DNA from: an uncultured Opitutales bacterium
GTDB taxonomy: Bacteria > Verrucomicrobiota > Verrucomicrobiia > Opitutales > UBA9783
DNA: 32,000 nt
NCBI GenBank assembly: GCA_934691225.1
Contig: CAKUSQ010000001.1
Location: 390,001-422,000, forward strand
Direction of reading: 5' to 3'
In this document: one piece after another, positions 19,292 to 27,474 of the stretch
How positions within the stretch are numbered: the stretch's first letter is position 1
Layout: each line of letters opens with the position of its first letter
The notes under the pieces: model-generated
Databases searched by the model: none
What the model was told of the DNA's origin: nothing
What the model saw: the letters and a program-made list of their open reading frames with translations, nothing else
Position numbers and translations under genes: made by a program

Positions 19292-20251
19292 TTACAACGA
19301 AGCATTTTTTAGTTGTTGAAGTAAGGCAGAGGTAACGGCTTCAATCGATAAGTTTTTTAGGTTATTGTTAGGTGCTTGCAAAATACAATGGCTTTGTGTA
19401 GGATAAGGTCCATAACGTAAGCCATCTGTAGGGCCATAGATTCCTACGAGAGGTTTTTTTAAGGCAGCTGCTAAATGGATAGGTCCGCTGTCGTTAGCTA
19501 TAATGCATCGTGCTTCTTTTATCAGTAACGGTAGATCGGACAATTGTGTTTTTCCGAAAAAATTGATAAATCTAGGGTGGGTAGGTACATGAGATGGTGT
19601 TTGCTGTCCAATCCAGATATAGTAGTGATTTGTTTTTTCCAATAAAGCGATCGTTAGTTCATAAAAATAAGGCCATTCTTTGTGTGGACCACGACTATTA
19701 GGAAATAGTAAAATGGCATCTTTGTTAAACGGGAAATGCCAGTTAGGAAGTTTTAGTGATAGAGGGATTTGTGGAAAGCTTTCGAGTGCTAAAGGCGTAA
19801 ATAAAGCATTTAAAATTTCTACCGCATGCGCCTGTTTTTGGATAGGTGCGTACGTTTTTTGATAAAATATTCTAGAGCATTCACGTGCATCTTTTCTACC
19901 TATTTTATGATTTCCATGTGCAAAAAACGTCATTAATCCTGACCTGAATAACCCTTGTCCGTCAATGATCCAATCGTAATGAAAATGACGAACCTCTTGC
20001 ATTAATTGTTTAAAACCAGTGATGCCCTGATTTCTTTTAAAAATAAAAATTTTGGATACATAAGGGCTAAGTTGTAAAAAATCAGCAAAACAGTCGCGGA
20101 CAATCCAATGAATTTCTAAGTGTATTTGCTTAGCCTTTGCTGCATGATAAGCACCTTCAACAACTTGAAGCATTTGAATAATATCCCCCAAGGATGAAGG
20201 TTTTATAATTAAAAGTTTCAAATGTTTTGGCGGGTAAGCAGACAATTCCAT
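19292..20251 (-). CDS. Glycosyltransferase family 9 (LPS heptosyltransferase-like)
   Basis: N-terminal LLIIKPSSLGDIIQMLQVV and C-terminal IANDSGPIHLAAALKKPLVGIYGPT are typical of ADP-heptose:LPS heptosyltransferases. Confidence 0.75.
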   Translation of the reverse strand: MELSAYPPKHLKLLIIKPSSLGDIIQMLQVVEGAYHAAKAKQIHLEIHWIVRDCFADFLQLSPYVSKIFIFKRNQGITGFKQLMQEVRHFHYDWIIDGQGLFRSGLMTFFAHGNHKIGRKDARECSRIFYQKTYAPIQKQAHAVEILNALFTPLALESFPQIPLSLKLPNWHFPFNKDAILLFPNSRGPHKEWPYFYELTIALLEKTNHYYIWIGQQTPSHVPTHPRFINFFGKTQLSDLPLLIKEARCIIANDSGPIHLAAALKKPLVGIYGPTDGLRYGPYPTQSHCILQAPNNNLKNLSIEAVTSALLQQLKNASL

Positions 20252-20253
20252 AA

Positions 20254-20697
20254 CTAAATTTTTATTTTAAAAACAGCCTTTTTGACACGATGTTCAGATT
20301 TATGGTGAAGGCAAGGTTGATGTGCATCATGCGGTAAAAAAATGAAAAACAGGTGAGGATTGGCTACAAGTTTTTCTGTTGTCCCTTTTAAAAAAATAAT
20401 ATCCTTTTCAGTATTATATTCGCATATAGGTTGTGTTTTCGAGATAGGACACCACCCTATCTGTTCAGTTCCTTCAATGAGCATTTGAAGGTCTATGTAC
20501 GTTCGATGTGCCTCAATTAATTTGTCGGGCTGCGTGTTATAAACATCTATATTCACATAAACATCATCTTTTAAGATGTTATGACGTCCTATGGGCAAAC
20601 GATGGAGTGGATTTTGTTTTAAAAATTCCAATATGGTTTGAAGATGGGGAAATAATGAAGAATAGTAAGGTAAATTTTCAAAAGCATCTACAAGCAT
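20254..20697 (-). CDS. YhcH/YjgK/YiaL family (DUF386) protein
   Basis: 147 aa. EAHRTYIDLQMLIEGTEQIGW and FLPHDAHQP fit the family pattern. Confidence 0.55.
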   Translation of the reverse strand: MLVDAFENLPYYSSLFPHLQTILEFLKQNPLHRLPIGRHNILKDDVYVNIDVYNTQPDKLIEAHRTYIDLQMLIEGTEQIGWCPISKTQPICEYNTEKDIIFLKGTTEKLVANPHLFFIFLPHDAHQPCLHHKSEHRVKKAVFKIKI

Positions 20698-20709
20698 TTT
20701 AGAAACAAA

Positions 20710-22902
20710 TTAGCGAAAGTCTATAGGATCTACATCCAGCAAATCAATAATATTTGTTGGCATTTTAAATTTTTGCCGAAGATGTTGTAAGGTAGAAATG
20801 AACGACAAAATACTTTGTGTTAAGTAAAGTAAATGCATGCGATAATATCCATTTATTCTGTCCTGATAAGGGCTGGAGGGGCCTAAAATTTCGCAGAAGG
20901 GGCCTAGATTTTCTAGAAGATAACGATGCCAAGTTTTTAAAGTATAAGGTAAAATTTTTTCAGATCGGCATCTAAAAATATGACGTACCATGTGGCGGAA
21001 AGGTGGATATTGATATTGCTTGCGCAAATTATATTCTCTATCTAAAAAGCCAGATGTGTCTTGTTTAAGGCTAGAAATGATGCAGTCATTGTCGGGATTA
21101 AAGGATTGTACGATTACCTCTCCTGGTTTTTCAAATCTACCTGTTCGGCCACTGACTTGCATAATGAGTTGGAATGTTCGTTCTGAAGCACGAAAATCTT
21201 CAGAAAATATGGGGCCATCAGCTTGAATAATACCTGCGAGTGTTAAATTAGGAAAATCAAGCCCTTTAGCCAACATCTGTGTTCCTACAATGATGTCATA
21301 ATCATGCTGTAAAATGGCCTTATACCAATCCGTGTGTTGATTAATAACATCGGAATCTAAGCGTAAAATACGTGCATTTTTATATAAACGTTGGAGACAA
21401 GATTCGATGCGTTGAGTCCCTAATCCACAACTAATTCGAAGAGGTGTTTGGCAATAAGGACATTGTTTATAAGCAGGTTGTTTGAAATCACAAAGATGAC
21501 AGCGCAATGTCAGATCATTTTTATGAAAAACTAGATGACTTTTACAGTGAGGACACTCAAGTTGCGTTTTGCATTTGGGGCAAAAGAGATAAGGTGCATA
21601 ACCGCGACGGTTCAAAAACAATAACGTTTGTTCATGTTTTTCAAGTCGTTCACTAATTTTTTCGCGAAGCAAATTGGATAAAACAAAGGAACCTTCAAAG
21701 TTAGGTTTTTCATACCGCATATCGGCTAAGTGAATGTTCGGTGAAGGTAAGTTTTTAGGCCTATTTAAAAGTTTATGAAGTGTATATTTGCCTGTTTTAA
21801 CGTTTGCCCAGGTTTCAACAGAAGGCGTTGCTGAACCTAATAAACACAAAACATTAGCTTCATGAGCACGATAAATAGCGAGATCTCTGCCGTGATAGCG
21901 TGGATTCTCTGATTGTTTATAGGCAGGTTCGTGTTCCTCATCAATGATAACAAGTCCTAATTGTTTCATGGGAACAAAAATAGCTGAACGTGTTCCGAGT
22001 ATTAAGTCGATATGCCCCTGTAAAGATTGATGCCAAATGTGATGTTTTTCTCGATCAGATAATTGACTGTGCCAAACAGCTACACGAATATTGAACGCAT
22101 TAAGTCGCGATTGAAGCTTAGCTAGAGCTTGTTCAGAAAGCATAATTTCAGGAACCAAATAGAGCGTTTGTAGCGATAATTGTTTCGCACGAAGTATAAG
22201 TTGGTGATAAATTTCGGTCTTTCCGGATCCGGTTACGCCCCACAAAAGATGTGTTTGGTACGTTTTTTGATGAAGCGCTTGTGTCAATTGTTCTACGACG
22301 GTAGACTGTTCTGAAGTTAGGGTGATTGACGGTGAAGATTGGGTGTCTGGTAAGGTGTATGTTGGGTAAAAAATACGACGCTCGATATAACCTTTTTCGA
22401 TCAAAATTTTCAACAGGTGGGAATATTTTGGAAATGTTTGTGTGAAAATTTTTTGAGAGATAGCTGGATGTTGTTGAAGCCATTCGTAGATAGCGATTTG
22501 GCGTTTAGCATTTTTACTAAACGTAGGCATTAAATGTGTTGTATGTAGTGTGTATTCAACGGGGAATGGTTTTCCTTGACGCAAGAGGGTTGGAAGCGCG
22601 GTTTCGATGGCCGTGGCGGTTGAGCAAGCGTAATAGTTTGAAAGCCACTGAATAACGTTTAAATTAGAAAGATCGACGATAGGTTCTGGATAAACGCATT
22701 CGAGGATGGGAGAGAAGGTAAAATTTTTGTAAATTGCTGCTAGGTAAGATTTTACGACGAGTGCGAAAGTAGATACGTTTCGGACACTAACTCTCACAAA
22801 GGTACCTGGCAGGAGGGGATCTGTAGAGAAATAAGTGAGTGGGTAAGGAACTGCGATAAGTGGCAAGACATCCACATAATATATGGGCATATTACCAAGC
22901 AA
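20710..22902 (-). CDS. priA: Primosomal replication-restart helicase PriA
   Basis: GVTGSGKTEIY Walker A, IIDEEHE (DExH), Cys-rich zinc insertion CPKCKTQLECPHCKSHLVFH...CHLCDF...CPYCQ. 730 aa. Confidence 0.95.
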   Translation of the reverse strand: MLGNMPIYYVDVLPLIAVPYPLTYFSTDPLLPGTFVRVSVRNVSTFALVVKSYLAAIYKNFTFSPILECVYPEPIVDLSNLNVIQWLSNYYACSTATAIETALPTLLRQGKPFPVEYTLHTTHLMPTFSKNAKRQIAIYEWLQQHPAISQKIFTQTFPKYSHLLKILIEKGYIERRIFYPTYTLPDTQSSPSITLTSEQSTVVEQLTQALHQKTYQTHLLWGVTGSGKTEIYHQLILRAKQLSLQTLYLVPEIMLSEQALAKLQSRLNAFNIRVAVWHSQLSDREKHHIWHQSLQGHIDLILGTRSAIFVPMKQLGLVIIDEEHEPAYKQSENPRYHGRDLAIYRAHEANVLCLLGSATPSVETWANVKTGKYTLHKLLNRPKNLPSPNIHLADMRYEKPNFEGSFVLSNLLREKISERLEKHEQTLLFLNRRGYAPYLFCPKCKTQLECPHCKSHLVFHKNDLTLRCHLCDFKQPAYKQCPYCQTPLRISCGLGTQRIESCLQRLYKNARILRLDSDVINQHTDWYKAILQHDYDIIVGTQMLAKGLDFPNLTLAGIIQADGPIFSEDFRASERTFQLIMQVSGRTGRFEKPGEVIVQSFNPDNDCIISSLKQDTSGFLDREYNLRKQYQYPPFRHMVRHIFRCRSEKILPYTLKTWHRYLLENLGPFCEILGPSSPYQDRINGYYRMHLLYLTQSILSFISTLQHLRQKFKMPTNIIDLLDVDPIDFR

Positions 22903-23371
22903 AGCTGTGTTTAGAGGAGATCAATTGGTTGTGTTGATCGAAGATTTCGATGCGCCAAGCGATCAATTGAGTGGTTGATGAGAATTGTGGGTCATGAGTA
23001 AGACCGAGGTAAAGCTCATTCTGAAAAATGAGAGAATGGTGTACGTTAGGAAAAGTCCAGGTATAAGATTGTTCTTTTGTTGAGAGATTTGTGATGAAAG
23101 TGACTTTAATTTGGTAGCCGGGTTTAAAGAGGGCTAAAGAGTTATTAAATTTTACTGTGAAGTAGAGTCCTGTGCGCTGATCGTTTTGTGAGCGGAGGAT
23201 AATTTTGCCGCCTTTAGATTCTGAATGTTTAAAAGATTCGACGATACCTTTAAACGAATCGTCTGTACGAAATTTTGCTATAATAGAATGGACATAAAGG
23301 TGTTTTTGCTTGTGTTGACAAGCGGAAAACACAAGAGATAGCGACAAGCAGATGGCGATTAAAATACGCAT
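22892..23371 (-). CDS. Small putative lipoprotein, unknown function
   Basis: MRILIAICLSLSLVFSAC is a signal peptide with a lipobox-like FSAC. Overlaps the priA start by 11 nt. The ATG at 23371 is preferred because the GTG at 23389 lies inside tRNA-Arg. Confidence 0.5.
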   Translation of the reverse strand: MRILIAICLSLSLVFSACQHKQKHLYVHSIIAKFRTDDSFKGIVESFKHSESKGGKIILRSQNDQRTGLYFTVKFNNSLALFKPGYQIKVTFITNLSTKEQSYTWTFPNVHHSLIFQNELYLGLTHDPQFSSTTQLIAWRIEIFDQHNQLISSKHSFAW

Positions 23372-23377
23372 ATAAAG

Positions 23378-23452
23378 TGGCGCCCGCACCCAGACTCGAA
23401 CTGGGATTAACGGTTTAGGAAACCGCGGTTCTATCCCTTGAACTATGAAGGC
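23378..23452 (-). tRNA. tRNA-Arg (anticodon CCU), CCA encoded
   Basis: Reverse complement GCCTTCA-TA-GTTC-AAGGGATA-GAAC-C-GCGGT-TTCCTAA-ACCGT-TAAT-CCCAG-TTCGAGT-CTGGG-TGCGGGC-G-CCA. One U:C mismatch in the acceptor stem (5:68). Confidence 0.8.
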
Positions 23453-23583
23453 ATAAGAACAGGTTGAGAGAAAAAACGCGCAAATGCAATCTTTTTTATA
23501 AAAAAAGTAAAAAAAAGTAAAAATTATGGTAAATGGTCGATATTAAAGAATAGAAACATTAATTAACAATAAAATTTACGAAG

Positions 23584-24615
23584 ATGAGTATAAATGGAAT
23601 AACGAACAAGAGTAACGAAGAGATGATGAGCCAGATAAGCGGACTAAGCGACGTGAAGGGGCAAATGAGAGCTAGCAAGATGAGTGGCGGAGGCATCAGT
23701 GGCATTAGTCACGAAGGAGGGAGAGGGTTTGAAGTGACGAAAGATGTATTGAGCGAGCGGTTGATAATGAAGGGGCTGGAAGCGAGCGGGCTGATGAAGA
23801 TGAAGGAAGGGAAGATATTAGGAGAATATGCGGAGAAGTTGGTGGACGCAGGGATAGTGAAGAGCGAGGCGGAAGGGAAGCGGTTGTTGAGGATGGCGAC
23901 GAGTGGAGAGGAGAAATTCCAGTTGGCGGCCGAAGCGCGAATGCAGAAGAGTTCGAATGTGTACACGGCGCAAAGCATCATAAACAGCTACAAAGCGGTA
24001 ACAGATTTCGATGTGCGCGAGTTGATGAAGTTGCTGATCCAGGCGTTCGCCGTGCTGATGTCCACCCAGCGGCAGTCGGATTTAAACGCGCTTACAGGTA
24101 TTGTCAATACCCTCACCGAGAAAATCGAGGCTATGGAAGACGCTAAATCCGCCCAGTTTAAATCAACTATGGCTTCCGCTATCGGCTCTATCGTCGCAGG
24201 TTCCATCACCGTCGGTATGGCCGCTGGTTCTGCTTTAGCTTCCATTCATGGTCCGAATACAGAAAAATATGAAGGGTTTGTAACAAATGATGAAGGCACA
24301 AAAGTTCTTGGTAAAGTTATACGAACCACGAAAAGTGGAGCATTGGCAGAATTTTTAGGGCAATCCGCACAAGGTGTGGGACAGATCGCGGGAGGAGGTG
24401 GACAAATTGCTTCGGCTATATACGCTGCTAATAAGTCAGAAGCTGAAATTTCACAGACAGTCGCCGATGCAACATTGGAAGTTTGGCGTAAGGCACAAGA
24501 GCAGGGGCAGAAAACAACAGAGGCGTTGATGAACTTCATCAACAACCTCTTGTCTATGATGCAACAATTGAATCAAAGTGTATCTTCTACTGAAAAATCC
24601 ATTGTACAGTCGTAA
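23584..24615 (+). CDS. T3SS-substrate-like membrane-inserting protein (translocator-like, SctB/IpaC/YopD-type architecture); full-length copy of the cassette family
   Basis: 343 aa. Ser/Asn-rich N-terminus with no signal peptide. Helical region ELMKLLIQAFAVLMSTQRQSDLNAL, then a Gly/Ala/Ser-rich hydrophobic segment (MASAIGSIVAGSITVGMAAGSALASI), a second Gly-rich segment and an amphipathic C-terminal helix. Architecture only; no adjacent class II chaperone. It is clearly a real gene; the functional label is tentative. Confidence 0.45.
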   Translation: MSINGITNKSNEEMMSQISGLSDVKGQMRASKMSGGGISGISHEGGRGFEVTKDVLSERLIMKGLEASGLMKMKEGKILGEYAEKLVDAGIVKSEAEGKRLLRMATSGEEKFQLAAEARMQKSSNVYTAQSIINSYKAVTDFDVRELMKLLIQAFAVLMSTQRQSDLNALTGIVNTLTEKIEAMEDAKSAQFKSTMASAIGSIVAGSITVGMAAGSALASIHGPNTEKYEGFVTNDEGTKVLGKVIRTTKSGALAEFLGQSAQGVGQIAGGGGQIASAIYAANKSEAEISQTVADATLEVWRKAQEQGQKTTEALMNFINNLLSMMQQLNQSVSSTEKSIVQS

Positions 24616-24616
24616 A

Positions 24617-25690
24617 CTAGTACAACGCGGGTGACCCCCGCCCTCCTTGGGGTATTGCTTGTTTCATTGCAGTGTTAAAGGATGGAAAATCAAGGTGGTA
24701 AGAGCATTCTTTCAGGTGCCCTGGAGGTAATACTTCAGTATCTTTTTCATACCATTCACAAACAATCACATTTAAAAGATTCATGAGAAAAATGTCCTGA
24801 ATGGGTCCCTCATTTTTCATTTTGAAAATTAAATTATTTAAAAATAGGGTTAAATCGATGTTGTATTGGCCAATACCAGGAGTATTACCGTAAGGATACT
24901 GATAGTTTTGAATGAGTTGCGTTAACCACGCTTGAGTGTCTGGGTCATAATTTAAAAAGTTAAAATAATAATCAGCTAGAAATTTATGAACGATATCTTT
25001 AGTAGTTTGGTAATGATATTGACTATTTTGTGGAAAATCATTGTCTAATCTGTCATAAGCTCCGTAAAGTGTTAGCAGTTGCGCACATTGTGCTTGGGTG
25101 AAGGTTTTGTTTTTTTTAAAAATTGCAATGAAAAGGTTTGAAATGGGTTTACAGAATTTCTCATTTAGAAAAAGTGCACATTCTCTTAAATTTCTTTTCT
25201 GAAAAACATCATTAAGAATTTGTCGTTTAAATTGTCCTTTTTTGGTTGAAAAGTCGATATCGCTTGTATTTGAATGGATAGGCATTATAGGTCTTATTGT
25301 ATATGTACTATAAGAATTTGGTACTTTATATTTAGCAATATGACCCGACTCACATAGCCAATAACCTAGAACAATAGGGCAATCGCGTTTATTGTATCCA
25401 CCTTTGTAAACTTTTTTTTTGTCGCAAGGCACACCATTCCAAGCATAGAGTGATTCGCCATCGCCAACCAAACTGCGCCAGATGGATTGGAGTTTTCCAT
25501 TTAAATCATTAAAGCCTTGAATGAAGAGGTTAACAGGAGATTCCCAATCATTAGACCGATTGCTTAAGTAATTATCACAGGCAATATTAGCTTGATTAAA
25601 ATAATCTAAAAAAGTATTTGCGAAAAGATAATTTGATGCCAAAAGGCCCCCAAGGGCAATACAATTAAAAAAGCGAAATATAACTTTCAC
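24617..25690 (-). CDS. Secreted (signal-peptide) protein, paralogue A of a 4-member unknown family
   Basis: 357 aa, GTG start. Signal-like N-terminus MKVIFRFFNCIALGGLLASNYLFA. Family motifs FIQGF..L...LQS.WRSL, P(I/L)(V/L)LG.W, FCKP(I/V)SNLF. Ends IPQGGRGSPALY. Confidence 0.8.
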   Translation of the reverse strand: MKVIFRFFNCIALGGLLASNYLFANTFLDYFNQANIACDNYLSNRSNDWESPVNLFIQGFNDLNGKLQSIWRSLVGDGESLYAWNGVPCDKKKVYKGGYNKRDCPIVLGYWLCESGHIAKYKVPNSYSTYTIRPIMPIHSNTSDIDFSTKKGQFKRQILNDVFQKRNLRECALFLNEKFCKPISNLFIAIFKKNKTFTQAQCAQLLTLYGAYDRLDNDFPQNSQYHYQTTKDIVHKFLADYYFNFLNYDPDTQAWLTQLIQNYQYPYGNTPGIGQYNIDLTLFLNNLIFKMKNEGPIQDIFLMNLLNVIVCEWYEKDTEVLPPGHLKECSYHLDFPSFNTAMKQAIPQGGRGSPALY

Positions 25691-25696
25691 GAGAAA

Positions 25697-25725
25697 AGTG
25701 TAGGTGTTTTGAAAATAAAAGTCAA
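25697..25725 (-). promoter_or_regulatory. Promoter of paralogue A (TTGACT-17 nt-TACACT), inside a conserved 30-nt motif
   Basis: On the minus strand: TTGACT (25725-25720), 17-nt spacer, TACACT (25702-25697), then 6 nt to the GTG at 25690, implying a leaderless or near-leaderless mRNA. The -35 sits in the motif AAAAGTCAAGAGGAAATTTTAAAAAATAAA (25717-25746), which recurs identically twice. Confidence 0.5.
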
Positions 25726-25746
25726 GAGGAAATTTTAAAAAATAAA

Positions 25747-26061
25747 TATATTGCTGAAATTGAAAACGCTGGAAAAGGTTGGACCATTGCAGGAAACACT
25801 ATAGGTCAACTCAATAATGGTGCAGGACAAATACTAACAGGTATTGCACAGATTGTCTCTGCTGAATTCGCTGCTGATAAAGCAGAAGCTGAAATATCCC
25901 AAACAATTGCTGATGCAACATTAGAGGTTTGGCGTAAAGCTCAAGAGCAAGGTCAGAAAACTACTGAAGCATTAATGCAGTTCATCAACAACCTCCTATC
26001 TATGATGCAACAATTAAATCAAAACGTAAGCAGTACAGAAAAGGCTGTAGTTCAATCTTAA
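25747..26061 (+). other. 5'-truncated 3' cassette F1 of the 23584-24615 gene (105 codons, no canonical start codon)
   Basis: Hand translation: YIAEIENAGKGWTIAGNTIGQLNNGAGQILTGIAQIVSAEFAADKAEAEISQTIADATLEVWRKAQEQGQKTTEALMQFINNLLSMMQQLNQNVSSTEKAVVQS*. The frame is open back to a TAA at 25681, with no in-frame ATG/GTG/TTG before the ALM Met. Not in the ORF track for that reason. Confidence 0.7.
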
Positions 26062-27125
26062 TAGGTTAGTCTATTTAATTGTATCATTTCCCAGGCTCTT
26101 TGGTGACTTTCGGCGTTTTCTTTACATTCCCCTAGCATCGAACTATATACGCGCGCAGCTTTGTCAAGTTGCGCGAGAAGTTGTGTTGCGCTGGGAGCTG
26201 TGCCTAACTTTGCTTTTTTGAGGTTTGGATCTTTCAGTTTTTTAAGGATAGTTCCAATTTCAATTTGATAGCCGCCTAAACTTCGAATAGAGGCATTAGA
26301 AAGACTACTTGTATCTAAAAAATCTGACATTTTTTCATCACAGTGGTAAAAAATAGATAAAAGTACTGTGTGTATATCTGTATCAGAAGAAGCAGATAAT
26401 TGTTGTGTTAATAAATTTATAAACCATTTGTAAAATTCACAATATACGGTATCGTAGTTTTCTTGAGCGAAACGAATTTGGGTGCTGAAACCTCCATCGC
26501 ATTCGATGTAGCATTTATAAAGTTCTAAAGTTTGCAAAAGATCGAGAGCATTTTTCGGAGAGGATTCAAAACATTCCAATAAGAGTCGTGAAACGGGTTT
26601 GCAATAAGATTTTTGAAGCCACTCGCCTACGTCCTTTATATTGCGTATTTTTTCCTTTTCAAAAGCTTTAACAAACTTCTTTTTTATAATATTGGATTTG
26701 GATTTTTCCTTATAGTATATAACAGAACGAAATTCGTTACCGTTAGGTTTCCACCAGGGTGATTTTTGTTTGGTTAAGCGGTTTTCTAACCAACAACCAA
26801 GTAAAATATTACTAAATGGGGTATAACCTCTTACGTTTTGATATCTTCCTAATAAAATTTCATATGGTTTTCCATTAAAGGGTTCACTCCACCAAATACT
26901 TGTCCCTATAGGGTCAGCTTCGCGCCAAATATCTGTCAAGGTTTTACGAAGTTCCCAATAACCTTTAATGAACATTTTGGCAGATACTGGAGAATTTCCT
27001 TCCATTAGAACATATCTAGCATCATGAATCGTTCGCCGAAATTGTGGAACAGCAACCAAATTTTTTGGTAACAAAAAAGCTGCTAAAGTAAGCAGCATAA
27101 AAAAGAACGAGTGAATAAACTTCAT
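26058..27125 (-). CDS. Secreted (signal-peptide) protein, paralogue B of the unknown family
   Basis: MKFIHSFFFMLLTLAAFLLPKNLVA signal. FIKGYWELRKTLTDIWR, ILLGCWLEN, YCKPVSRLL, LYKCYIECDGGFSTQIRFAQENYD. ATG at 27125 is preferred over the alternative start at 27155 because of the promoter geometry. Confidence 0.8.
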   Translation of the reverse strand: MKFIHSFFFMLLTLAAFLLPKNLVAVPQFRRTIHDARYVLMEGNSPVSAKMFIKGYWELRKTLTDIWREADPIGTSIWWSEPFNGKPYEILLGRYQNVRGYTPFSNILLGCWLENRLTKQKSPWWKPNGNEFRSVIYYKEKSKSNIIKKKFVKAFEKEKIRNIKDVGEWLQKSYCKPVSRLLLECFESSPKNALDLLQTLELYKCYIECDGGFSTQIRFAQENYDTVYCEFYKWFINLLTQQLSASSDTDIHTVLLSIFYHCDEKMSDFLDTSSLSNASIRSLGGYQIEIGTILKKLKDPNLKKAKLGTAPSATQLLAQLDKAARVYSSMLGECKENAESHQRAWEMIQLNRLTY

Positions 27126-27133
27126 TGAAATGA

Positions 27134-27162
27134 AAAATAAAGTGAAGAAAAGCAAAAGTCAA
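27134..27162 (-). promoter_or_regulatory. Promoter of paralogue B (TTGACT-17 nt-TATTTT), inside the conserved 30-nt motif
   Basis: On the minus strand: TTGACT (27162-27157), 17-nt spacer, TATTTT (27139-27134), 8 nt to the ATG at 27125. Motif copy at 27154-27183. Confidence 0.5.
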
Positions 27163-27211
27163 GAGGAAATTTTAAAAAATAAAAAAACCTAGCGAAGCAT
27201 TTTCAGCACTT

Positions 27212-27472
27212 ATGAATGGAGTTGGACAAGGTGCTTCAACAATTGTTGGTAGTATTGGTCAGATTGTTTCAGCGGTATATGCGGGAGATAAAGCTGAGGC
27301 GGAAATTTCACAGACGATTGCCGATGCTACATTAGAGGTCTGGAGAAAAGCCCAGGAACAGGGTCAAAAAACTACTGAAGCATTGATGCAGTTTATAAAT
27401 AATTTATTATCAATGATGCAGCAACTAAATCAAAATGTAAGCAGTACGGAAAAAGCTGTTGTGCAGTCTTAA
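27212..27472 (+). CDS. Cassette F2: 86-aa ORF homologous to the C-terminus of the 23584-24615 gene (has its own ATG)
   Basis: MNGVGQGASTIVGSIGQIVSAVYAGDKAEAEISQTIADATLEVWRKAQEQGQKTTEALMQFINNLLSMMQQLNQNVSSTEKAVVQS. Its last 58 aa are identical to F1 although 32 of the 58 codons differ. Confidence 0.65.
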   Translation: MNGVGQGASTIVGSIGQIVSAVYAGDKAEAEISQTIADATLEVWRKAQEQGQKTTEALMQFINNLLSMMQQLNQNVSSTEKAVVQS

Positions 27473-27474
27473 AA

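Noticed and set aside
23700-23800. G-runs (GGAGGGAGAGGG, GGGG, GGG) as a pilE-like G-quadruplex recombination initiator
   Set aside because: There is no set of four G3+ tracts with short loops. The G-richness is explained by G-ending codon usage.
23709-24545. Three consecutive minus-strand ORFs (23709-23981, 23988-24245, 24246-24545) antisense to the translocator-like gene
   Set aside because: They exactly shadow the sense gene. The purine-rich, G3/C3-biased sense codons leave few stop codons in the antisense frames, and the translations are low-complexity with no motifs. They are artefacts of composition.
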